Of a stretch of DNA of 64,000 nucleotides, positions 49,947 through 61,016 are shown piece after piece. Under the pieces are notes generated by a model. It saw only the letters and a list, made by a program, of their open reading frames with translations. It did not search any database and was not told where the DNA came from. Position 1 is the stretch's first letter. Each line of letters begins with the position of its first letter. The DNA is taken from positions 101,338-165,337 of the forward strand of contig CAVONQ010000005.1 of the NCBI GenBank assembly GCA_963697335.1, written 5' to 3'. Source of the stretch: an uncultured cyanobacterium (GTDB lineage Bacteria > Cyanobacteriota > Cyanobacteriia > PCC-6307 > Cyanobiaceae). The position numbers were made by a program, and so were the translations under genes.

Positions 49947-51660
49947 GGCGTCAGGCCCCCCGTGGCCGGCGGCCCTGGCCACGAAGCGCTCTTCGTCTTC
50001 CACCAGGGGCCGGTCCAGGCCGTAACCGTACGGACCGCTGACCACCGTGGGCACGTCGTCTTCGAAGTTCTCGGCCGGCGGCGGTGAGGGCAGCAGCCAC
50101 TCCAGGCCGATGGCGTGCCAGGGATTGGGTGGAGCCTTCTCGCCCCGCACCCAGGAGCTCACCAGGTTGAGCAGGAAAGGAATCGTGGCCACCCCCAGCA
50201 GGAAAGCGCCGAGACTGGCGAGCACATTGGCGAAGGCGAATTCCGGGTCGTAGGACGCCACCCGGCGCGGCATGCCCAGCAGCCCGGCCGCATGCATCGG
50301 CAGGAAGGTGAGCTGGCTGCCGATGAAGGTGAGCACGAAATGCAGCTTGCCGAGGCCTTCATACATCATCCGGCCGGTGAACTTCGGGAACCAGTGGTAG
50401 ATGCCAGCGAACACCCCGTAGGTGATGGTGGAGAAGATCACCGTGTGGAAATGGCCCACCACGAAGTAGGTGTTGCCCACGTGGATGTCCACCGGCACCG
50501 TGGCCAGCATGATGCCGGTGATGCCGGCGAAGATGAAGTTGAACACCCCGCCCAGGCAGAACAGCATCGCCGTGGTGAGGCGCAGCTTGCCGCCCCACAG
50601 GGTGCCGATCCAGGCGAACACCTTGATGCCGGTGGGCACCGCAATCAGCATCGTGGTGACCATGAACAGGTTGCGCATCCACTGGGGCGTGCCGCTGTAG
50701 AACATGTGGTGCACCCACACGATCAGGCTGAGGAAGGTGATCGCGAACGAGGCGATCGCCACCACGTGATACCCGAACAGGGGCTTGCGGGCATACACCG
50801 GAAACAGCTCCGAGAAGATGCCGAACACAGGCAGCACCATCACATACACCGCCGGATGGGAATAGAACCAGAAGAAGTGCTGATACAGCATCGGATCGCC
50901 GCCGCCCTCGGGCCGGTAGAAGCTGGTGCCGAAGCTCAGGTCGAACAGGAGCAGCACCGCTCCGGCGGTGAGCACGGGCAGGCCGATCAGCTGGATCGCC
51001 TGGGCGGCCACCGCCGTCCAGCAGAAAATCGGCATGCGAAACCAGCCCATGCCCGGCGCCCGCATGCGGATGATCGTGGTGATGAAGTTCACCGCCCCCA
51101 TGATCGAGGAAATGCCTGAGAGGGCCACCGCCAGGATCCAGAGGAACTGGCCGTTGAGGAAGTGCCCCAGCGGGTTCTGGATGCTCTGGGGCGGGTAGGC
51201 CCACCAGCCGGAGCCGGAGGGTCCACCGGGCACCAGGAAGCTGGCCATCAGGATCACGCCGAACACCGGCACCATCCAGAAGGCAGCGGCGTTGAGGCGC
51301 GGGAAGGCCATGTCCGGCGCGCCGATCATCGGGTGGGATCAGCAGGTTGTTGAAGCCGTTGAGAACCGGGAACAGAAACAGGAACAGCATCACCGTTCCG
51401 TGCATCGTGTAGAGGCCGTTGTACACGCTGGGATCCACCAGATCAGCCGCCGGCGTGATCAGCTCGCCACGCATGATCATCGACAGCAGGCCGCCCACCA
51501 GCAGGAAGAACAGCGCGGTGAGCATGTACTGCAGCCCGATCACCTTGGCGTCGGTGTTGAAGCTCAGGAAACGGCGCCAGTTGTTCGGCGCGCCGGGCAC
51601 CGGATGGGGCGCCCGCAGCACGCGGGGATCGAAGGAAGGAGCCGGGGTGGTGCTGGTCAT
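49947..51660 (-). CDS. ctaD: Heme-copper oxidase subunit I (A2 type, ARTO), apparent +1 frameshift near 51332
   Basis: TMHG, GAPDMAFPRLN, WFYSHPAVY, WVHHMF, GHFH, GMPRR; two ORFs join if one base is removed. Confidence 0.85.
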
Positions 51661-51662
51661 GG

Positions 51663-52619
51663 TCAGCCCTCGTGACTGGCGGTGGGATCGGCGCTCACGT
51701 GCACCAGCGGCGGCGGCGCCGGCGGCACCGTGGCCCAGCCCCGGTCACCCCGGGCCAGGCGCTGGGCATAGAGGTCGGCGGCGGCATTGGCGGCGGGCCG
51801 CAGCGGCTGGCGCAGCGCCTGCACCAGCCAGGCCTGGTACTGCTCCTGGGGCTCGACCACCACGTCGGTCTGGTTGGAGGAGAAGTAGCCGCCGCTGAAC
51901 ATCGAATCGCGCAGCCGGTAGCGGCCGGCGCGGGTGGGGATGAGGCTGTAGTCGATCACGCTGCCGGGGATCAGGTCCTGCTTGAGCCGAAAGGCCGGCA
52001 CGTAGAAGCCATGGATCACATCGGTGGCCTCCAGGCGCAGGAAGCTGCGCTGGCCCTCCGGCAGGTGCAGTTCACTGCTGTGCACGCCGTTGGGGTAGAT
52101 GAACTCCCAGCTCCACTGGCGGCCGATCACCTGGATCGGGTGCGCCGCCGCCGGATCGCTTGCCGCCACCAGCGCAGCAGCGGGGCCCTCGGCCCCGTGC
52201 ATGGCGGCGTGGCCGCCGCTCACGCGCACCTTGCCGCCAAGGGTGGAGAGGGTGGTGCTCACATCGATGGCCTTCCAGGCGATCAGCATCACGATCACCA
52301 GCGGGATCAGCGTCCACACGATCTCCAGCTTGAGGTTGCCCTCGATCGGATCGCCGTTGTCCAGGTCGTACTTGGGGGCGCGGTTGAACAGCAGGGTCCA
52401 GAGCATCACGGCGCTGCAGCCGAAGAAGATGAAGCTGCCGATTCCCACCTCCAGGGCGAACAGATCGTCCACCGGGCCGGCCGCCGCCGAGGCCGCCACC
52501 GGCAGCCAGCGGTGTGACTCGGCAGCCATCCAGAAGCTGGCGGCCAGGTCACCGAGCACAGCCCCCAGGAGCAGTGCCACCAGCCAGGGCCGCGGCGCGC
52601 GCGCAACGGAGCTGGTCAT
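51663..52619 (-). CDS. ctaC: Heme-copper oxidase subunit II lacking CuA ligands (ARTO type)
   Basis: LEIVWT..P, QWSW.F, DVIHGF; the CxExC site is replaced by RDSMFSG. Confidence 0.85.
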   Translation of the reverse strand: MTSSVARAPRPWLVALLLGAVLGDLAASFWMAAESHRWLPVAASAAAGPVDDLFALEVGIGSFIFFGCSAVMLWTLLFNRAPKYDLDNGDPIEGNLKLEIVWTLIPLVIVMLIAWKAIDVSTTLSTLGGKVRVSGGHAAMHGAEGPAAALVAASDPAAAHPIQVIGRQWSWEFIYPNGVHSSELHLPEGQRSFLRLEATDVIHGFYVPAFRLKQDLIPGSVIDYSLIPTRAGRYRLRDSMFSGGYFSSNQTDVVVEPQEQYQAWLVQALRQPLRPAANAAADLYAQRLARGDRGWATVPPAPPPLVHVSADPTASHEG

Positions 52620-53233
52620 GGCAGGGCCTCCCGCAGGTTCAGGCCCGCCGCCACCAGCTGATCGGCCGTCACGTGCACCCCGAACTCACCGGCCAGCTGG
52701 GCGCCGAGGGTGCCGTGCACGCCGATCAGCACGAACAGGCCCAGGCCAGCCACCAGATAACTCCACTGCACCTGGCGACCCAGGTCGCGGCGCCAGCGGA
52801 AGCGCTGCAGGCCGCGCCACACCACCATCGCCACGATCAGCAGCAGCACCACCACGCCACCCACCCCGTGCCAGAGCATGGTGGCGGCGCTGCCCAGGCC
52901 GAAGTCGCTGCGTGCGCCCGGGATCGGCACCGCCAGCAGCATCTCGTAGAAGCCCGCCGCCACCGTGAGGAAGCTCACCGCCGCGCAGGCCAGCAGGTTG
53001 TACCAGCCCACGTCGTGAAAGCCGGCGCGGGTCACCGGCAGGGCCAGGAAGCGGAACAGCCGCTTCTCCAGCGGGAACAGGGCACCGGCGATGTCGAACA
53101 CGATCGCGATCACGAACAGCCCGATCGTGAAGTGCACCAGGTTGGGGTGCAACGGCATGGCATAGGGCAGCTGGTTGGGTCCCAGCTGATCGGCCACCGG
53201 GGTGAAGGTTCGGAGCGCAGCCACAACAGGCAT
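52616..53233 (-). CDS. DUF2231 membrane protein
   Basis: LHPNLVHFTIG, WHG, GAQL...FGVH. Confidence 0.75.
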   Translation of the reverse strand: MPVVAALRTFTPVADQLGPNQLPYAMPLHPNLVHFTIGLFVIAIVFDIAGALFPLEKRLFRFLALPVTRAGFHDVGWYNLLACAAVSFLTVAAGFYEMLLAVPIPGARSDFGLGSAATMLWHGVGGVVVLLLIVAMVVWRGLQRFRWRRDLGRQVQWSYLVAGLGLFVLIGVHGTLGAQLAGEFGVHVTADQLVAAGLNLREALP

Positions 53234-53730
53234 CACACCAGCCCCGCGCGCACCGCTTCCACCACGGGCACCGTGTGCAGCCCGTACACCCACACCAGCT
53301 GGTTGCCCAGCAGCACCTGCACCACCACCAGCACGCTCAGCAGGGCACCGGCCCCAAGGAAGGCCGGCGGCAGGCGCAGGGGATCACGGCTGCGGATCAC
53401 GTAGCGCCAGCCCGAGAGCAGGGCCAGCACCCCCGCCAGCGACCAGCCCAGGGTGCTGTGCAAGTTGAGGATCGTGCTGGCCTCGCCGTAGGGATTGGCC
53501 AGGCCCGCCTCGATCTGGCCGAAGATGATCGCCACGAAGATGGCCACGGTGGCCACCAGGAGGTTCCAGAAGCTCACCTCATAGAGGGCCGGCCGACGGC
53601 CGAAGCGGCCAATCAGATCGAACACCACGCTGATCAACGCCATGGCGATCACGAAGTGCACCACGATCGGGTGGATGGTGTCCATCCACGGCAGGTTGCG
53701 GTCGTTGAGCGGGGGCAGCAGCTCAAACAT
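53233..53730 (-). CDS. DUF2231 membrane protein
   Basis: IHPIVVHFVIA, LHS, GNQLV..YGLH. Confidence 0.75.
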   Translation of the reverse strand: MFELLPPLNDRNLPWMDTIHPIVVHFVIAMALISVVFDLIGRFGRRPALYEVSFWNLLVATVAIFVAIIFGQIEAGLANPYGEASTILNLHSTLGWSLAGVLALLSGWRYVIRSRDPLRLPPAFLGAGALLSVLVVVQVLLGNQLVWVYGLHTVPVVEAVRAGLV

Positions 53731-53924
53731 GACGACCGGCAAGGCTGAGGACCTTCCCACACCCTGAGGGATTCCTGCCGTGGCCTGCGCCGGATGTGAT
53801 GGATTGCGACAGCCCTGTGGGCATTCCCCGATCAAGCGTCCCGGCAATCGCCCCTTGAAACCCTGCAGGGGGTGGCTCCAGCTGCTTCCACGCCCATGGC
53901 CGCTCCCTACCCTTCCGGCCGGCC

Positions 53925-55752
53925 TCATTCGCCCACCGCGAGCCCCTCAGCCTTGCGGGGATCCACCACCCCAAGCGTTCCATCGGCGGTGACCTCCACG
54001 CTGTTGGCCGCCCCCATGGCGGGGCTGCGCACCAGCTCGTGGCCCTTCGCCTCCAGCAACCGGCGGGTGTCGGGGCTGATGCCCTCCTCGAAGAAGAGCC
54101 GATCCGGCAGCAGCTGGGCATGGATGCGCGGAGCCGCCACGGCGCCGGCCAGGTTGAGGCCGTGCTCGATGCGGTTGAGCAGCACCTGCAGCACCGTGGT
54201 GAGGATGCGGCTGCCGCCGGGGCTGCCGGTGGCGAACCAGGGCCGGCCGTCGGCATGGAACACCAGGGTGGGGCTCATGGAGCTGAGCGGCCGCCGCCCC
54301 GGGGCGATCGCATTGGAGGCCCCCTGCACCAGCCCGAAGGCGTTGGCACTGCCCAGCTGGGCGGTGAAGTCGTCCATCTCGTTGTTGAGCAGGAACCCCG
54401 CCCCGGGCACGGCGATGCCGTTGCCGAAGGGGAAATTGAGGGTGGTGGTGAGCGCCACCATGCCCCCCTGGCGATCGGCGGTGGAGAGGTGGATCGTGTC
54501 CTCGCTCTCGGGCAGGGGCGGCGGCCCCTGCTGCACCTGGGCAGCCGGACGGTGCCGCTGCAGATCGAGGCTGCGGCGCATCGCCGCCACATAGGCGGGC
54601 GCCAGCATCCGCGCCAGCGGGATCGCCACCTGGTCGGGATCGCCCAGCAGGGCATTGCGGTCGCGGTAGGCCAGGTTCATGGCCTCGGCCATGCGGTGCA
54701 GGCTCTCGGCACCGTTCGCCCCCAGGCTGGCCAGCGGCATCGGCTCCAGCAGCGCCAGCAGCTGCAGGATCGTCACCGCGCTGCTGGGCGGCGGCGGCAC
54801 CAGCACCGTGGTGCCGCGGAAGCGGCCCGCCAGCGGCCGCACCAGCTGGGCCCGGTAGCGCTCCAGATCGGCCTGGGTGATCAGTCCGCCTCCGCGGCGC
54901 ATCAGGCCGGTGAGGGCCTCGGCCGTGGGGCCCGTGTAGAAGCCGCGCTCGCCCTGCTGGGCGATCCGGCGCAGGGTGAGACGCCAGAGAGCCCTGCCGC
55001 AGCAGTTCACCCGGTCGATCCGCCGCCAGGAACAGGCCGCGGGCGGTGGGGTCGGCCTCCAGCCGGGGGCGGGCGCGGCGCAGGTCGTCCGCCAGGGTGC
55101 GGCTCACGGGAAAGCCGCCTTCGGCCAGGGCGATGGCGGGGCGCAGCACCTGCCGCAGCGGCAGGCGGCCGTAGCAGCGCTGGGCCAGCACCAGACCCGC
55201 CACCGAGCCGGGCACCGCCGTGCTCAGCAGGCTGCCGGTGGCCAGCTTGCGGTCCACCGTTCCATCGGGCCCCACGAACAGATCGGCGCGGGCGGCTGCG
55301 GGGGCCGTCTCGCGGAAGTTCACGGCCACGGCGGTGCCCCGGCCGATCGGGAGCTCAGGATTGTCGGCGCTGCCGGGAGCGCTGCCCGCCGGCAGGCAGC
55401 CGCGGGAACGGGCCGGGGAGGCCCCGGGCAGCCACAGCACCAGAAAGCCACCGCCGCCGAGGTTGCCCGCCTGGGGATGGGTCACCGCCAGGGCGAAGGC
55501 GGTGCCGATCGCCGCATCCACCGCATTGCCGCCCTCCTGAAGCAGCTCCACCCCCGCAGCAGCAGCCCGGGGCTCCTGCACGGCCACCATCCCCCCGGGG
55601 GACCACACCGGATGGGAGCGCTGCTCCCGCTCCTGAAGCACCCCCCCTTGCGGCACTTCGGCACGCAGGGGGCTCGGGCTTGCCAGCAGGGTGGGAGCGA
55701 ACAGAACCGGCACCAGTTTCCTCAGGGCCGCCGCCGTCAGCGCTTTGGGCAT
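53925..55752 (-). CDS. ggt: Gamma-glutamyltransferase, apparent +1 frameshift near 54980
   Basis: GGNAVDAA, GNLGGGGF, FRE.AP, T.HLS, LNNEMDDF, PLSSMSP, GSPGGSRI, DPR. Confidence 0.85.
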
Positions 55753-55799
55753 GGCGGTTGGCGAACAGCTCTGGTTGGATCGGGATCGAGCCGAAGCGC

Positions 55800-57755
55800 T
55801 CATGGGGCTGGGGCGCGGGGCAAGACAGGGCCCACAAGATCGAGCCGTGGAACCCCCACAGCGATGCCGGAGGCATCGAGGGCCTGCTTCAGGCGGCGGC
55901 GGTATTCGCGGCCCACAGGCCACTGCTGCAGGGGTTGGGTCTTGATCAGGATGCGGATGAGCACGCCACTGTGGGCAATCTCATCGATGCCGAGCATCTC
56001 CGGAGGCTCGAGAATGCGGTCGGCCCAAGCAGGCTCGTGGTAAAGATCCTGAGCCACAGATTCCATCAGGGCCATGACCGCATCCACATCCGCTGCGATT
56101 GACACGGTGAGGGCATAGTTCACACGTGACCAGCTGCTGGACAGATTGCGCACCGTGTCAATGGTGCCGTTCGGGATGGTGATCAATTCCCCATCGAGGT
56201 TGCGCAACTGGGTGACGCGCAGACCCACGCTCTCCACCAGGCCGCACTGGTCGCCGATGGACACAACATCGCCGACCGCGAACTGGTCTTCGATCAGGAT
56301 CATCAGCCCACTGATCAGATCCTTGAGCAGATTCTGCGAAGCCAACGACAGGGCAAAGCTCAGAAAACCCAGCAGAATTGCCACGGCCTGGGTCAACGCT
56401 CCCAGCTGATGCAACTGGTAGAAGATCACCATGCCGAGGATGAGATAGACGCCGACGCGCACCCACGCCCTCAGCGCACGGGACAACGTCGGCGCCCTTA
56501 ACCTGGCCCGCGTGTCGTCCTGAAGCTGTGCCCAGCTATTCACATACCGGTCAGAGAAGACGTTCCCGGCTTTGATCGAGATCCTGGTCAACATCGCCAG
56601 GAAGAGAATCAGCAGCGGAATGCCGATCGTGGCTTCCCTCCCTAGGGTCATGACCCAATCCAGGGGCGCCCATCCCTGGTTCTCGGGGTTAAATCCACGC
56701 CCTGTCGAGAACAGCCCGCGCACGGAAATGCCGAAGACCCAGTTGCTGAAGGGCCGGCTCCAGTAGAAGAGGCCCGCCAGCCAGGCGATGCCGCAGGCCC
56801 AGAGCAGGCACTGCCCCCAGAACAGGGAGGAGCGGTAGAAGGAGATCAGACTGAGACGCTGCCGCAGGGACATCCGCACGCTCAGCCGCCTCTGAACCTT
56901 CAGGATGACGCTTTCGCTCTCTCGGGATGAGGAGACCCCATCCGGAGCGTGATTCTCCTGGATCACCTGGCGAAGCCTGGCGGTGAGCGCCTGGTAAGCC
57001 CCAGACAGACGCTTCTGAATGACAACGCCAAGGGCGCTCGCCAGGGAGAGCAGGAGAAGGCCAAGCCCACCCCGACGGGCCGCCTGCCAGAGGGCGAGGG
57101 GCTGGCGTTCCTCCCAGGCATCCAGAAGACTGTTCCGCACCCCGCTGGCGACACGCCGGGCAATGGCGGCAGGCTCGGAACTGTCTTCCCGAATCCTGGC
57201 CACATCGGCAGGTGTGACTGTGAAGATCAGCTCGGGGGGATCGGACCGGGGGAACGCGAGGAACACGTCGTAGCGGGAACCCACCTGTTGCACGAAGGTA
57301 TGCAGGTTTCGGTCCAGCAGGCGGCGAAGCTGGAAGACAGCGGGATCACGCTGTTGATCCACGGGCTGGGACAACGATCTCGATGTGTATGTCGTCATCG
57401 AGGTGAGAATCTTCTGAAGCCGGCTATGAATCACATGGGCACGCTCGGACGCTGAATAGGCGGCATCATCCCCTGAGGGCGCTCCCGATGACTTGAAATC
57501 AATGAATCCCGAAACCGTTCCGATGATCCGGCCATCAAGAAACACGGGAGACAATTCCACGTTTCCCTGGGAAAAGACAGGCAGAAACTGTGACGAAGTC
57601 ACTTGTTGCGCCGAGGCCTCAAGCGCAGGAAGGAACTGAGCCTGCACCGGCAGTAGGCCGGTCAGCACGATCAGCAGGCAGCCCAGAGCAGGCAGCAACC
57701 ACACCAGCAGCTTTCGCTTCAGAGCCGCGGGTCCAAGGGGAAGGGGGAAGGGCAT
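55800..57755 (-). CDS. Large MscS-family channel with periplasmic domain
   Basis: QNLLKD..SG, F.VGD, R.T.LR..DG....IPNG, KTQP..QW.V.RE. Confidence 0.85.
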   Translation of the reverse strand: MPFPLPLGPAALKRKLLVWLLPALGCLLIVLTGLLPVQAQFLPALEASAQQVTSSQFLPVFSQGNVELSPVFLDGRIIGTVSGFIDFKSSGAPSGDDAAYSASERAHVIHSRLQKILTSMTTYTSRSLSQPVDQQRDPAVFQLRRLLDRNLHTFVQQVGSRYDVFLAFPRSDPPELIFTVTPADVARIREDSSEPAAIARRVASGVRNSLLDAWEERQPLALWQAARRGGLGLLLLSLASALGVVIQKRLSGAYQALTARLRQVIQENHAPDGVSSSRESESVILKVQRRLSVRMSLRQRLSLISFYRSSLFWGQCLLWACGIAWLAGLFYWSRPFSNWVFGISVRGLFSTGRGFNPENQGWAPLDWVMTLGREATIGIPLLILFLAMLTRISIKAGNVFSDRYVNSWAQLQDDTRARLRAPTLSRALRAWVRVGVYLILGMVIFYQLHQLGALTQAVAILLGFLSFALSLASQNLLKDLISGLMILIEDQFAVGDVVSIGDQCGLVESVGLRVTQLRNLDGELITIPNGTIDTVRNLSSSWSRVNYALTVSIAADVDAVMALMESVAQDLYHEPAWADRILEPPEMLGIDEIAHSGVLIRILIKTQPLQQWPVGREYRRRLKQALDASGIAVGVPRLDLVGPVLPRAPAP

Positions 57756-59063
57756 TCAGAACGTGTAGGTGAGGCCCGTGGACAGGATCACATTCAGCCG
57801 CTTGAAACCTGCTTCGAGCGGCCGTGATCGGTACCGCAGCGACAGACGGTTCGTCCACATCCATTGCTTGGTGATCGGCCAGTCCAGCCGGGTTGACGAC
57901 CAGAGGAAGGCTTCATCGAAGGAATCCACAGGGGTGGCCAGCGCGAATACCTGGCTCCACTTGGCAGGACCGACGGGAACATCACGACTCCGGTACACCA
58001 AGGCAGCGATGGGATCCACCTGATCGCGTTGCCTGGTCAGGTTGATTTCTGCATATTCATAGCGTGGCCCCACGCCGAGCTGCACGGCCTGAAATGAGCT
58101 CGGATCCGCCCCTCGCCAGAAATTATAGCCGTAGCCAAACAGAGTGCTGAACACAACGGAGACATCATCGTCGTCGTCCTGGGTCGAGAACGTGCTGTCG
58201 TTCACCGCGACAAGCTGATCGATGAACAAAAAGTTTCGCTGATCCAGGCGATGCCGGTAGACCGCGAACCCCTGGCTGATGGGCCAGGTGAGGTTGAAGT
58301 CCCTAGAGCTGTCGTAGTTGATCGAGGCAAACAGATCGACCTCGAAGTCGTTGCGGGGCCATTGCTTGTAGAGATCGAAGCTGGCAACAGCATTCGCTGT
58401 GGTTTCTTCGTAAGTAGCAGCACTCATCGCCAGGCCCACCCGACCCTTGAGCTTCTCTTCGGGAAACGGAAAGGACGTGGTCCGCTCAGCTGCGGCCCGA
58501 TGCAGCTGTTCGCTCTCCGCCACGGCGCGACCGGCCTGCTCCTCTTCCCCCAGCTCGGCGTAGGCCAGGCCGAGGCGCAGCAGGAGAGCCTCCCTTCGGG
58601 CCAGCGGGGCCGCTTCCACACTGCGGCGGGCGTGCTGAAGGGAGGTCTGGGCCAGGTCGCTGAAGCCATGGCGCCCCTGCAAAAGGGCCAGCCGCAGCCA
58701 GAGCGCCAGCTGCTGGGCGGGCTGCGGGATGGCGGCCACCGCTGCGTCCACCTCCACCAGCAGGTTGGCCACGGGCAACGGGCAGGGCTGGCTCAGGCAG
58801 AGTTCGGCGAGATCGAGCAGCAGTTGGCTTCGCAGCTCGGGATCGGTCTGGGCCCGAATGCGCTGCATCAGCGGATCCAGAGCGGCGGCCCCATCCGGCA
58901 CTTTCGTGAGACCTGAGCCCCTGCGATCTGGTGCAGCAGCCCCGGAAGGCTCTTCAGCCGCAGAGGCAGCCGGCGCAGGAAGAACACTCCAGAGAGAGCT
59001 CACGAAAGCGAGGCAGTGGAAACCAGCAGACAGAACCCTGAAGTGACGATCGACTGTTCTCAC
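57756..59063 (-). CDS. Helical-repeat N-domain fused to a DUF481-like outer-membrane barrel
   Basis: Signal peptide, TPR-like helices, G.GY, G.GPRYE, C-terminal TGLTYTF. Confidence 0.65.
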   Translation of the reverse strand: MRTVDRHFRVLSAGFHCLAFVSSLWSVLPAPAASAAEEPSGAAAPDRRGSGLTKVPDGAAALDPLMQRIRAQTDPELRSQLLLDLAELCLSQPCPLPVANLLVEVDAAVAAIPQPAQQLALWLRLALLQGRHGFSDLAQTSLQHARRSVEAAPLARREALLLRLGLAYAELGEEEQAGRAVAESEQLHRAAAERTTSFPFPEEKLKGRVGLAMSAATYEETTANAVASFDLYKQWPRNDFEVDLFASINYDSSRDFNLTWPISQGFAVYRHRLDQRNFLFIDQLVAVNDSTFSTQDDDDDVSVVFSTLFGYGYNFWRGADPSSFQAVQLGVGPRYEYAEINLTRQRDQVDPIAALVYRSRDVPVGPAKWSQVFALATPVDSFDEAFLWSSTRLDWPITKQWMWTNRLSLRYRSRPLEAGFKRLNVILSTGLTYTF

Positions 59064-59416
59064 GCCAAGCGATCTCAGACAAAATAGTTGTTGAGCTCAA
59101 AGCTTACCAAGACAACATTGCAGGGCAGCCATCACTTGAACAGCGATCCGGGCCAATCACCTCGCAACATCCGCCGTGGGGAGAGCAGTTCACTCAGCAT
59201 TACATGATGACCATAGCTTATGGCGACTGGAAATCAACTGCTCCAGATCCGCGCACCCCAGACGCGCTGCAGCTGCCATGAGCCATGGACCGCTCATCCT
59301 TCGGTCGCCAAGGCTGACGCCCTGCGGCCTGATGGAACCGGGCTCCATACACTTTCATCAGACGGCCGGCACTGATCGTCCCGGTCGCGGAAGTTCTCTT
59401 GCTCTTCTCCAGCCCG

Positions 59417-60994
59417 ATGGATCCTTTCCGCCGCGGCCCACGGCGCACCCAGCTCCCGGTTCTTGCCGGCAGCCTGCTGGCCGCAGCCCCTCTGCTGCTG
59501 GGGGCAGAGCCGGCAGTGGCCCTCGAAGAACTCGAGCTCCGCTTGCCCCTGATCGGCGCCAACCTGGTGGTGCGGCTGGATGAACTGAGCAGCGCTGAGG
59601 ATCTGCTGGCTGGCCGCAGTGACCTGGCCGAGCTCGACCGTGCCAGCGATGGCGTGATCGGGCCGAAAGTGCTGCGGCTGTTCAACCATCCGATCCAGCT
59701 TCCCCCCGGCGTGGCCAAGGGGCTGCAGGGCTCCGTGGGCTCACCATTGCTGCGGGAAGCCCTCCTGGCCACCACAGCTCTGGTACGCGTCGATGGTCTG
59801 CCCACCGATCTGAGCGGGGAGAAGCTCTCCCTGGCCCTGAGCCTCAGTGAGCGGGAGGGGTCGGTGACGCTGCTTTCCCTGCTGCGGGCCATGCCCGGCA
59901 AGCGGGCGTCCATCGATCTGGAGCGCGCCCTGTTCTCGCTCGATCGGCTGCAGCGCCAGCAGGCACCGGCCCAGTCCCTGCTGGCGAAACAGCCTGCGGT
60001 GGAAGCCGATCCGGATCTGAACCTGCCGGGCCACTACACCGTGCGGCGCCGCGAGCTGCAGCTTCCGGTGTCCCATCGCCAGCACCCCCTGCGCAGCGTG
60101 GCCCTGCTGCCGCAGGGGGAGCATCCCATTGGCCTGGTGTTCATCTCCCACGGGCTGTGGGATGCCCCCGTGAACTTCGAGGGCTGGGGGCACCATCTCG
60201 CCAGCCATGGCTACGCGGTGCTGCTGCCGGAGCACCCCGGCAGTGACCAGGCCCAGCAGGCCGCCATGCTCTCGGGCACCATCCCCCCACCGGAGCCCGA
60301 GGAGCTGGGCCTGCGCCCCCTGGATGTTCGCGCCCTCCTGGCAGCGGTGGATGCTGACCGCTTTGCTCTGGGCCCGATCCCCTCCGAGCAGGTGGTGGTG
60401 CTGGGGCACTCCTGGGGGGCGATCACCGCGCTGCAGCTGGCTGGCCTCAAGCCCAGCGACGCCAGGCTCGGCCAGCGCTGCGGGAATCTGAACGATCCCG
60501 AGGCGAATGTGAGCTGGGTGCTGCAGTGCAGCTTTCTGCGCTCTGCCAACCAGGCGGATGTGGCGGAACCCCGGGTGTTCGGCGTGGTGGCCGTGAGCCC
60601 ACCGATGCGGCTCCTCTTCGACCAAGGGGCCTCCAAGGCCATGAATGGCCGGGCCCTGGTGGTGAGCGGCTCGAAGGACTGGGTGGTGCCCTTTGGCCCC
60701 GAAGCCCTCACCCCCTTCCAGGGACAGCCGGAAAGCCGCGGCCATCAGCTGGTGCTGGCGGGGGGCGGCACCCACTTCAACCTGCGCCCAGGAGCAGCAG
60801 CCGACAAGGCCGTGCTGCGGGGTCTGATGCTCAGCTGGGTGCAGCAGGTGTTGGGCGCAGGCAACTCCGCCCGCCCCTCCGCGGGAGCGCCCCCCCTGCT
60901 GCCGGCAACCGGCTGGGGAGACGCCAGGGTGCCACTGGTCGAAGCCACCCCCGCAACGCCGAGGCCTCAGCAGACCATCACCGCCCCGCCATAG
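59417..60994 (+). CDS. DUF1400 plus alpha/beta hydrolase
   Basis: SHGLW, HPGSD, GHSWG, G.HF. Confidence 0.8.
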   Translation: MDPFRRGPRRTQLPVLAGSLLAAAPLLLGAEPAVALEELELRLPLIGANLVVRLDELSSAEDLLAGRSDLAELDRASDGVIGPKVLRLFNHPIQLPPGVAKGLQGSVGSPLLREALLATTALVRVDGLPTDLSGEKLSLALSLSEREGSVTLLSLLRAMPGKRASIDLERALFSLDRLQRQQAPAQSLLAKQPAVEADPDLNLPGHYTVRRRELQLPVSHRQHPLRSVALLPQGEHPIGLVFISHGLWDAPVNFEGWGHHLASHGYAVLLPEHPGSDQAQQAAMLSGTIPPPEPEELGLRPLDVRALLAAVDADRFALGPIPSEQVVVLGHSWGAITALQLAGLKPSDARLGQRCGNLNDPEANVSWVLQCSFLRSANQADVAEPRVFGVVAVSPPMRLLFDQGASKAMNGRALVVSGSKDWVVPFGPEALTPFQGQPESRGHQLVLAGGGTHFNLRPGAAADKAVLRGLMLSWVQQVLGAGNSARPSAGAPPLLPATGWGDARVPLVEATPATPRPQQTITAPP

Positions 60995-61016
60995 GACTGG
61001 TTCCCACTGAACGAGG

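Noticed and set aside
51325..51340. Programmed ribosomal frameshift in ctaD
   Set aside because: No slippery heptamer; the same +1 pattern occurs in unrelated genes, favouring sequence error
53731..53924. Riboswitch in the oxidase operon leader
   Set aside because: No recognisable riboswitch consensus by eye; an Rfam/Infernal scan would decide
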